From Escherichia phage arall, in the sequence record MN850584.1: a DNA stretch of 64,000 bases, one strand, 5' to 3'. This document shows, one piece after another, positions 44,730-52,337 of the stretch (positions are counted from its first letter, which is position 1; every line of letters starts with the position of its first letter). The position numbers and the translations under genes are program-made. Under the pieces are notes generated by a model. The model saw only the letters and a program-made list of their open reading frames with translations, was not told the origin of the DNA and ran no database searches.

Positions 44730-45378
44730 TAATAAGTTCCTCTTTTTTAAGTTTAGCCAACAAGTCTTCTGGATTAATAATATGACAGAACTTCATCCCT
44801 ATGTCAACAGCTTTTCCATCATAAATCAAACTATCCCCAACGTGTAAAATCTCCTCTGGTGCGAGATCAAACGTTACCATTTCATCAAAAGAGAGTTTAA
44901 AAAACCTAGGATCTGGTTTACACAAGCAAAACTCATCAGAAAAATGCATAAAGTCAAATGGTAATTTTGTCAAGCCAGAATATACAGCTAAGAAACTACC
45001 AGGTACAAAATTGGTATTGCTTTTAATACTCAAAGAATAGGTTGAACTTAGCTCTTCCAACTTCTTGCAAAGTTCAGGGTTTAATATTGGAGGATGTTTT
45101 ATAAACATTGCTAAACAGTCTCTTTTTAACCCATCTACTTTATCAAGATCAATGTTCAAATGAGCAGAAAGTGTTTCCCAAGCATTTCTAGATGTTCCAC
45201 AAATGCCTTTTTCTGCTCTTAAATCCAGGAGAGTTTTTACTTCTTTATATACGGTAGCTGCTTCTACCTCAGAACAAGAGGCATACTCGGCAATAACCTT
45301 GTTGCGTTCTTCTGCATACAAAGGATTAGCAGTAATAAGAGTATTCCATACATCAAAAGAAATATGCTTAACAGTCAT
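44722..45378 (-). CDS. HAD-superfamily hydrolase (phosphatase candidate)
   Basis: 218 aa from ATG at 45378 (GGAGG RBS); motif I-like SFDVWNTLI and motif IV HVGDSLIYDG. Confidence 0.5.
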   Translation of the reverse strand: MTVKHISFDVWNTLITANPLYAEERNKVIAEYASCSEVEAATVYKEVKTLLDLRAEKGICGTSRNAWETLSAHLNIDLDKVDGLKRDCLAMFIKHPPILNPELCKKLEELSSTYSLSIKSNTNFVPGSFLAVYSGLTKLPFDFMHFSDEFCLCKPDPRFFKLSFDEMVTFDLAPEEILHVGDSLIYDGKAVDIGMKFCHIINPEDLLAKLKKEELINA

Positions 45379-45380
45379 TT

Positions 45381-45536
45381 TTAATCCTCCGTCCAAAAGA
45401 ATATCATCTGCTTAATTTTATTGATCTCTTGATGTAGTAACTTTCCAGCATGTGATTGATCTTTAATATTGACAGCAAGAATTTCAAGCTCCGTTAGTTT
45501 TTCTTGGATAGCTTTATATTCATCATCTGTAAGCAT
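45381..45536 (-). CDS. small coiled-coil protein (below ORF-track size cutoff)
   Basis: 51 aa; AAAGGGGA RBS; stop overlaps HAD start (ATGA-type coupling). Confidence 0.3.
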   Translation of the reverse strand: MLTDDEYKAIQEKLTELEILAVNIKDQSHAGKLLHQEINKIKQMIFFWTED

Positions 45537-45547
45537 TTTCTTCCCCT

Positions 45548-45739
45548 TTAGAATGGTAATCTTTGTATGTCACTTATCCCCACACCAAGAAGTCTAGCAA
45601 TATCCTTATCTAAAAGCAACTCTTTTTGTTCTAAAATGTTAATCAGATCTCCTAATACTTCTTTAATGTCACGATCATTTTTAGCAACGTGACCACCTGC
45701 GGTATCAACTTTATCTTTAAAAACAAAATAATGATCCAT
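45548..45739 (-). CDS. hypothetical protein
   Basis: 63 aa from internal ATG (MDHYFVF) with GGAGGG RBS; the longer start lies inside the terminator hairpin. Confidence 0.35.
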   Translation of the reverse strand: MDHYFVFKDKVDTAGGHVAKNDRDIKEVLGDLINILEQKELLLDKDIARLLGVGISDIQRLPF

Positions 45740-45749
45740 AATACCCTCC

Positions 45750-45780
45750 ATATAAATAAAGGAGGCTTTCGCCTCCTTTT
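45750..45780 (-). terminator. rho-independent terminator after AAA ATPase gene
   Basis: AAAGGAGGC-GAAA-GCCTCCTTT hairpin followed by ATTTATAT on - strand. Confidence 0.55.
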
Positions 45781-45785
45781 ATCAC

Positions 45786-46946
45786 TTAGTAAGAACGACC
45801 ACCAAACACATACTCTGTGTAGTTTTTACGTTCTTTGTTTTTAATAACAACTTCAATGTTGTTACCTTTATCATCGGTGAACATAAAGTGATAGCCGTCA
45901 CCACCCATTGTACGAATGTGTTTTTCATCATACGTTAGCAAGATACGGTCTACACCCCAGTAGTAGTCACCTTCTTCATCTTTATCTTCTACGGTAACAA
46001 TCCCTTCCATTTCAGGAAGATGCTCTTCACCTAGTTTATGGTCTACAGCTACAACATAACGATTACCGCTAAACAAACCTTGTGCTGTCATACCGTCAAT
46101 ATCGGTATCTGACGAAACATCTCCTGTACGATCTACACCGTTAACTTTCAGAAGTTTAACCTCTTTTGCAGCATAGCGGTGTTCAGTAATACTGATACCC
46201 ATCAATGCAAGTGCATCAGAGAATTTGTCATTAGGGTAACGGTTAAGTTCTTCTACTAATGACTGAACAATATCAAAGTTCAAATCCACGGAGAGATTAT
46301 AAAGCGTTTCAAAATCTGGTAAGAAGGCTTTGTTCTCCAGATTTTTAGCCAGATAATCATCCATAGTAGCTTTAGGTAGTTTCTTATAGCTAAAACTGTA
46401 GAAAATACGGCTAGGACGATTACGCAAAAATTCTGATACATAACCATCATTTTTAGTCAATACAAACAGTTTGTCGTAGCCACCAACACCATCCAGCAGG
46501 GTAAGCAAACCATCTTGTGCATCTTTTTCAGCATACAGTTTATCAAATTCATCGATCATAATCATCACAGGTTGTGTGATTTTAGACATAAAATTGATAA
46601 AGCCTTCACCATTAAAAGCACTACCGATAGAAATAGTAGGAATACCCATTTCACGAAGAGCAGAAGACAGCATTTTAGCTTGCAAAGTTTTACCGCTACC
46701 TTTCGTACCTTCAAGGAGAACACCTGTGTTTTTACCTTTGCGGCTAAGGAACGTTTTGATAATACGTTCTGATTTATCATCAGTATCACCGTATGTTACT
46801 GAAGGGACTTCCATATCGTTTTTAGGATACAGGAAGAACTCACCACTTTGAGTAACACCTACACCAAAAGTTCCTGCTGGAATTTCTTCAATATCTGTAC
46901 CAGATTTCTGACGCAGAAAGATTTGATTGCCGAATACTGTAAACAT
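45786..46946 (-). CDS. classic-clade AAA ATPase, copy 1
   Basis: 386 aa; Walker A GTKGSGKT, Walker B MIMIDEFDK, sensor-1 TKN, SRH-like EFLRNRPSRIF; paralog of 62965->64000. Confidence 0.6.
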   Translation of the reverse strand: MFTVFGNQIFLRQKSGTDIEEIPAGTFGVGVTQSGEFFLYPKNDMEVPSVTYGDTDDKSERIIKTFLSRKGKNTGVLLEGTKGSGKTLQAKMLSSALREMGIPTISIGSAFNGEGFINFMSKITQPVMIMIDEFDKLYAEKDAQDGLLTLLDGVGGYDKLFVLTKNDGYVSEFLRNRPSRIFYSFSYKKLPKATMDDYLAKNLENKAFLPDFETLYNLSVDLNFDIVQSLVEELNRYPNDKFSDALALMGISITEHRYAAKEVKLLKVNGVDRTGDVSSDTDIDGMTAQGLFSGNRYVVAVDHKLGEEHLPEMEGIVTVEDKDEEGDYYWGVDRILLTYDEKHIRTMGGDGYHFMFTDDKGNNIEVVIKNKERKNYTEYVFGGRSY

Positions 46947-46966
46947 AGTTTTCTCCTCTATTTAAT

Positions 46967-47437
46967 TTAGTCAGATTCCCAAATGTTGTCTTTCTTAACC
47001 CACATTCGTTGATTATCTGAACCTCTATAACGTTTCGTTGTTGGTTGATTCATATCATACTTACCATCTATCACTATGTCAACCAGTTTTTTAATTTTCT
47101 CTGGAATTTCTTCAAAAAGATATCCTGTATATAAGACAATATCTTTTTTGTTTCCAAAACAATCTCTTACCTTCTCAAGAACATACTCTACAGTGTCAAT
47201 GTTCTCTTTGTCAAGAGGTTCACCACCTAAAACTGTTAATCCTTTAATGAAAGGTCGAGATAAATCTTCCAAGATAAGATCTAATGTTTCAGCAGTGAAC
47301 TCTTGTCCGTAGTTATACGACCAGGCTTTCTGGTTAAAGCAGCCACGGCAACCGTGGCTACAACCGCTCACCCACAAAGAGCATCTTACACCGTCACCGT
47401 TGAGCATGTCAACAGGTTCATATCCGGCGTAATTCAA
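46967..47437 (-). CDS. nrdG: anaerobic ribonucleotide reductase activating protein
   Basis: 156 aa; radical-SAM cluster motif CSHGCRGC (CxxxCxxC); overlaps nrdD stop. Confidence 0.75.
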   Translation of the reverse strand: MNYAGYEPVDMLNGDGVRCSLWVSGCSHGCRGCFNQKAWSYNYGQEFTAETLDLILEDLSRPFIKGLTVLGGEPLDKENIDTVEYVLEKVRDCFGNKKDIVLYTGYLFEEIPEKIKKLVDIVIDGKYDMNQPTTKRYRGSDNQRMWVKKDNIWESD

Positions 47438-48375
47438 AAGTGTTTCTCCCTTTCTAGTACCTCTTGCATTTTACCTTTATTATAAGGGCGAGAGTTAGGG
47501 GCAGAAAGGTATCCTGACACTCTTCTGATCACAGATATGGATTCTTCTTCGTGATTACCGCAACTTGGACACTCGAAGCCTTTAGCTGTTGCCTTAAATT
47601 CACCATGAAAACCACATTTGAAACACTGATCTACAGGTTGGTTCACGCCAAAATAAGGGATTTTGTTGTAGGCATAATCTACAAGAGTTTCCAGTGCTTG
47701 CAAGTTATTTTTAAGGTTCGGTGTTTCTACATAACCTATGTTCCCACCATTACTAATTTGTGCAAAACCTTCCTCATAATCCCACTTTTGGAACGGGGTA
47801 GTGTGCATCCATACAGGTTGATGGAAAGAGTTTGTCAAGTAGTCACGATCAATAGAGCCAGGATAGCGATCATTTAACGCTTTGGCAAATTTATAGCACA
47901 AGGATTCTGCTGGTGTTCCATACAAACTAAAAGCTAAACCAGAACGTTCTTTAAATGTGCAACAGATATCCTTCATATATTGAAGGATGTTTTTACCCAT
48001 TGCTTTTGGATTGGTGTTACCTGGGTATAAAATCTCCATAGCTTCTGCTAAACCTACATAACCGATACTAATAGAGGCATAACCACCTTCGAATAGCTTA
48101 CCAATCTCTTCATTAGCTTCTAGTCGAGCTAAAGCCCCTTCCATAAACAATGTAGGGTTTTGAGATGCTTTGGTATGTCTAATACGGTTAACACGTAGCA
48201 TATGTGCCTTATACGCCATCTCCATATGTTGTTCCAACAGTTCAGTAAATAAGATGCCCTTTTCACGGGACTCTGCTGCAATGATAGGTAAGTTTAAAGA
48301 AACTACGCCTAAGTTGAAACGACCATCATATTTTTCACCTTGCTCTGTTGCATAGTATGACAAGAAACTTCTACA
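47434..48375 (-). CDS. nrdD: anaerobic ribonucleoside-triphosphate reductase, exon 2
   Basis: Begins CRSFLSYYATEQGEKYDGRFNLGVVSLNLP; C-terminal glycyl-radical region RRVSGYL and Zn ribbon CFKC…CPSC; the ORF-track start (GTG at 48405) is intron read-through; junction approximate. Confidence 0.7.
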   Translation of the reverse strand, partial: CRSFLSYYATEQGEKYDGRFNLGVVSLNLPIIAAESREKGILFTELLEQHMEMAYKAHMLRVNRIRHTKASQNPTLFMEGALARLEANEEIGKLFEGGYASISIGYVGLAEAMEILYPGNTNPKAMGKNILQYMKDICCTFKERSGLAFSLYGTPAESLCYKFAKALNDRYPGSIDRDYLTNSFHQPVWMHTTPFQKWDYEEGFAQISNGGNIGYVETPNLKNNLQALETLVDYAYNKIPYFGVNQPVDQCFKCGFHGEFKATAKGFECPSCGNHEEESISVIRRVSGYLSAPNSRPYNKGKMQEVLEREKHF

Positions 48376-49144
48376 CATTATGTTCAAAGTGGCTCGCAAG
48401 GCCACTCCCGCACCATTACGTGCTGCTGCATGTCACCATGCAGATCAGACTATATCTTCATGCTTAAAGCATGTCTACCATTTGGGGTGTCATAGGCTTA
48501 CACCCTACGCTGCTACATTCATCACAGCTAGTCGTTAGGCATTTCGTAACAGAACTCATAATCATAATTATTTGGTGCTCCGCGCTTTAAGATTGCAGAT
48601 ATTCTTTTTCTGTCCAACCCTAAAGCGTCAGCACAACATCTCAGACTTTTAAAGTAAAAAACTTCACCAGTAGCCTTATGAGTAGCTTTTACACTGTGAC
48701 ACCTTGTGTAGAAAGCATAACAGTTATTATCGTAACCCTCTTGCGTGTTGTCTGGACAAGATCCCCACTCAAGATTGTATACACTGTTGTCTTTCCTATT
48801 GTCACCTTTATGCTTCACATAAGGTAAATTGTCTGGATTGGGTAAAAACGCTTCAGCTACAAGTCTGTGCACCCGAAAGCAAACAGTTTTCTTGTTTTTA
48901 CGTATTCTGACAAGTTGGTATCCTGTGTTTATTTCTTCCCACGAGCGAAGGATTCTTTCATCCTTATACCTGGTACAATAAACATTTCCAAGCTCGTCAA
49001 TTTCATACCCTTCAAAATCACGAATTTGTTTTCTCATACCAGTACCCCCTTCTTCTGTGTTGGGAGTTCTGTTACGTTTAGCACGGGATTGTCTCGTTGA
49101 GAGTTCCCCCGTTTAGGCAGATTTTACATGAGCAGTTATAGTTT
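48376..49144 (-). mobile_element. group I intron interrupting nrdD
   Basis: 769 nt between …ATGGGT (exon ends in U) and TGT…; ends in G; contains P/Q-like pair (CUAAACGGGGGAAC / AAUCCCGUGC) 5' of the endonuclease ORF and R/S-like elements (CCUAACGACUAGC / GAAGAUAUAGUC) 3' of it. Confidence 0.65.
48528..49037 (-). CDS. intron-encoded HNH homing endonuclease
   Basis: 169 aa; FEGYEIDELGNVYCTRYKD…YQLVRI…VHRLVAEAF…KHKGDNRKDNSVYNLEW typical of HNH_3-type homing endonucleases; stop codon falls inside the R element. Confidence 0.65.
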   Translation of the reverse strand: MRKQIRDFEGYEIDELGNVYCTRYKDERILRSWEEINTGYQLVRIRKNKKTVCFRVHRLVAEAFLPNPDNLPYVKHKGDNRKDNSVYNLEWGSCPDNTQEGYDNNCYAFYTRCHSVKATHKATGEVFYFKSLRCCADALGLDRKRISAILKRGAPNNYDYEFCYEMPND

Positions 49145-50002
49145 ACCCATGCTTGTGACGCGACCATCTGAAGATCCTGTAACTTCTTTGTTTAAAGGTA
49201 CAGAGATAAAATCAGGATAAATGCGTTCAGCACAACACTCCATTGCCAGTTGCTTCAAATCATAGTTTGGATCGCCAGCTTTCATGTTAACACCATCTTC
49301 CAAGAAGAAGATAACTTTAGGAAACACAGGAGTTACCCTATCTTTTCCTAATCCTTGTTTGTGCACCATTAGGTAGTTTTTAGTGATCATTCTACCAAAA
49401 GCAGAGGTATCCAAACCTAAACTAATTGTTATAAAAGGTGACTGACCATTTACACTCATTAGAGTGTTCACCTGGTAGATTAAAGTTTGCATTGCATCAT
49501 AGACCTGTTTATCTACCATACGCATAGCAATATCATAATCGCCAACATCGGCATATATTTTATTAAAACTTGCTTTAACGTATTGACTAAGCCCAGTATC
49601 AACATGTGCACAAGTTTGTCCACCATATTGGCTAGAAGCTACTGCTTGAATAATTTGAGTTAGGACAGTAGTCGCTACACCGATAGATTTTGGTTTTTCA
49701 ATATGTGCATTACCAATACGGAAACCGTTCTCAAGCATATCTTGGTAATTTACCAGGCAACAATTAGTTAAAGGTGAGAGTAAATAATCTAAATCGTGAA
49801 TGTGACCATACCCACTTTTATGCCATTCTGCCAGATCTTCCGGTAAAATATGGGTCATTGCCATGTGCTTGCTTAGGATACCTGCTAGTAAGTCTCGGTG
49901 AGTATTAACAATCATTGCAGGTTTGTTTGCATTTTCACGAGTAAATTCTTCGGATGTTTGTTCGAGGAATCCGATTACATCCTCATATAGTTTTTGGGTC
50001 AT
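49145..50002 (-). CDS. nrdD: anaerobic ribonucleoside-triphosphate reductase, exon 1
   Basis: N-terminal NrdD portion ending …DGRVTSMG; the last two ORF-track codons (KL*) are intron-derived; GGAGG RBS. Confidence 0.7.
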
Positions 50003-50011
50003 TAATCCTCC

Positions 50012-50044
50012 GTGGAAAATAAAAGCCAGCTTAATGCTGGCTTT
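50012..50044 (-). terminator. rho-independent terminator upstream of nrdD
   Basis: AAAGCCAGC-ATTAA-GCTGGCTTT hairpin followed by TATTTTCC on - strand. Confidence 0.55.
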
Positions 50045-50091
50045 AGGGTGGATCTTTATTTTAAATCTTTTTCGTAAGATTGTCCTTGATC

Positions 50092-51042
50092 TTAGTCAAG
50101 GTTTTTGGTAATACGTGTACAACCGTCAGAAGTCAAACCGTCAACTTGAGTTTCCCAAGTGCCATGAATATTTCGGAACAATGTTGTTACACCTTTTGGT
50201 TCATTAATAATGATTGCCATAACAAGTTTAGGATCGATAACAGACATAATCTTTTCCTCAATACCCTCTGTAATAACATTATTGCGCACAATATTAATTG
50301 CATCTTCTTGTACAGTAAGAGCACTTACATTCTTAAGAGTATATACCTGCTGTGTAGTGTAAATGATACGAACATAGCTTACAGAACGAGTAGGCACAGG
50401 TTTACGCGGTCGGCGAAAACGTGGTTTTGGTGAAGATTCAGTCTTACTTTCATTTTTTGAATAATACTCCTCAAACAGTTTAGTAAATGTTTTTACATCA
50501 ACTACAAACCGATCTTTCCTATATGGAGAATTCTTATGTGCACCATTAATACCACTGTTTTCATCGAAGAAAGTAATGTTTTCTTCAGTTGAATACATTA
50601 GATAATGATCTGCATTTTTCCAATGTGGTTGTGGACAACGAGGATTACAAACGGAAAGCAGATAACTAATATCTTCTTCCGTGGCATCAGTATCCAGGAA
50701 ACACGTATTATGCACAGTCAGTTGTACTTTTTCAGCCATATCTTTTTCTTTATCCTCTTTAGCAAGATATTCAGTACGAATAATCTCCAGAAAACCTTCA
50801 GGTGTTACTTCCATAAATTTATATTCAGGATGAAGCTCCATATATTCAAATCCACAACCATCTAATTGCTGTAGGAAGTTAGGGTAGAAGAACAAATCAT
50901 TAACACTGTGAATCAGATCATTGATTTCTGCTTCAGTTGTGTAACCAAAACTCTTGTGAATTGCTTCGTTAAGAATATGCAGGATACCCATCTCTTCTGC
51001 TGCTTTTTTAACTTCCAGTTTATTAGCGTAAAATGCAATCAT
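50092..51042 (-). CDS. hypothetical protein
   Basis: 316 aa; basic Pro-rich linker (PKPRFRRPRKPVPTR) between two domains. Confidence 0.45.
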   Translation of the reverse strand: MIAFYANKLEVKKAAEEMGILHILNEAIHKSFGYTTEAEINDLIHSVNDLFFYPNFLQQLDGCGFEYMELHPEYKFMEVTPEGFLEIIRTEYLAKEDKEKDMAEKVQLTVHNTCFLDTDATEEDISYLLSVCNPRCPQPHWKNADHYLMYSTEENITFFDENSGINGAHKNSPYRKDRFVVDVKTFTKLFEEYYSKNESKTESSPKPRFRRPRKPVPTRSVSYVRIIYTTQQVYTLKNVSALTVQEDAINIVRNNVITEGIEEKIMSVIDPKLVMAIIINEPKGVTTLFRNIHGTWETQVDGLTSDGCTRITKNLD

Positions 51043-51059
51043 TATGTTCTCCTTCTAAA

Positions 51060-51494
51060 TTAGTTTAAAATTTCTTTGGCAATGGTAGAAGCAAGTTTTC
51101 CATCATATTGATTAGGATACTCTGCTTTAAGGTGTTTCATCATATCTGGCATTTTCTTGCCTGTCAAGGCAAATTCTTCAGCAATCGCTCGAAGGTCATC
51201 TTCAGATAGCATTTCTGGTAAATATTTTTCCAGGGTGGTGATATCCCGCATAGCTCGCTCACATTTGCTAATGGAGGCATTAACTTTCTTAAGCGAGTCT
51301 AGTTCCTCTTTAGCGTGTGCAATACCAATCTTAACAATGTTAATCATAATATCATCTTCTGATTTATTCAGATTTGCCTTTTGAGTACGAGCAAGGTCAA
51401 ACTCACCAATAATATTAGTTAACAAAGCAAAAGCACCCTTATCGGTTGTACGTGCTAAGATACGATCTGCTTTCATTTGTGTCACAATAGACAT
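51060..51494 (-). CDS. GatB/YqeY-domain protein
   Basis: 144 aa; C-terminal KYLPEMLSEDDLRAIAEEFA…KKMPDMMKHLKAEYPNQYDGKLASTIAKEIL fits the YqeY pattern. Confidence 0.5.
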   Translation of the reverse strand: MSIVTQMKADRILARTTDKGAFALLTNIIGEFDLARTQKANLNKSEDDIMINIVKIGIAHAKEELDSLKKVNASISKCERAMRDITTLEKYLPEMLSEDDLRAIAEEFALTGKKMPDMMKHLKAEYPNQYDGKLASTIAKEILN

Positions 51495-51506
51495 TCTATT
51501 CTCCTC

Positions 51507-52079
51507 TTATTTGCCAATGCTTTGAATCTTATTTACAACACGGTTTATTGCCAGTGAAGCCCTAGGCTCCGCAATACCTGTTGCATAGATATAAGGATGA
51601 CCTTTTGGAGACTCCCTCATACCGAATGAACCTAATTCTAAACCATATTCATCCTCTACGTCAACCCCAATATTAGTGGGTACTAAATATGTTTTAACTC
51701 CATAATAAGTAGAGAAGAAACAGCGCATAGAGTTAGCATACTCTTCAATTGTAGCATCAGGGTAGAACTCAATCAACTCCAATTTCAAGAAAATATTAAA
51801 ATGGGTATCATCTAAATTTTCTTCTGTACGGTAACATGGCGTTAGTGCCATATACGGATTACCTGCTGCAAATTCAAAACCATCCTTCTCCATTTGCAGG
51901 AAAGATTGTTCTGCACTAGCTACATAGTATTTACCGTTAGGATGCCCTAATGGGCGATCCTCTTTATTTTCTGGTAGTGTGTACGCCAGTATATCAGCAT
52001 CCACGAGATATGGAACTTCTAACATTTGTGCAAATCGACCATAGTACTCAATAGCTTGAGCTATTACTGCAACATTCAT
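51507..52079 (-). CDS. hypothetical protein (enzyme-like, unassigned)
   Basis: 190 aa; no motif recognised. Confidence 0.45.
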   Translation of the reverse strand: MNVAVIAQAIEYYGRFAQMLEVPYLVDADILAYTLPENKEDRPLGHPNGKYYVASAEQSFLQMEKDGFEFAAGNPYMALTPCYRTEENLDDTHFNIFLKLELIEFYPDATIEEYANSMRCFFSTYYGVKTYLVPTNIGVDVEDEYGLELGSFGMRESPKGHPYIYATGIAEPRASLAINRVVNKIQSIGK

Positions 52080-52327
52080 GATCGACCTCCATTGCGGAAT
52101 GCACGTTTAGTAATGTTTGACATAGTGATCAAATCTTGAAGCGTCATATCAGGAAAATGCTGTTCAAGAACACCTTCAACAGCGCCTACAATATCTGATA
52201 ACTCAATAAGTTGCATCAGCTTGCAATCTTGATCAATAGCATCTTGAAGTTCATAAAGCTCTTCTTGAATCTTAGCAACAGAACCATATTCCTCTTTGCT
52301 AATCTCCTTCAAATGATACCCTGCCAC
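52076..52327 (-). CDS. small MazG/HisE-like all-alpha NTP pyrophosphohydrolase (candidate)
   Basis: 83 aa; EELYELQDAI…LIELSDIVGAVE resembles the EExxE…ELxD metal-binding helices. Confidence 0.3.
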   Translation of the reverse strand: MAGYHLKEISKEEYGSVAKIQEELYELQDAIDQDCKLMQLIELSDIVGAVEGVLEQHFPDMTLQDLITMSNITKRAFRNGGRS

Positions 52328-52337
52328 TTTAACCCCC

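Noticed and set aside
35381-45396. Ter/macro island as host-chromosome contamination or assembly chimera
   Set aside because: Phage-typical genes flank it on both sides on the same strand with tight spacing, and RBS style and base composition look uniform by eye; this should still be confirmed with long reads.
48376-48527. Structured GC-rich segment between the endonuclease ORF and nrdD exon 2 as a possible tRNA or small RNA
   Set aside because: It contains group I intron core elements (R/S) and a terminal hairpin before the 3' splice site; better explained as the intron 3' half.
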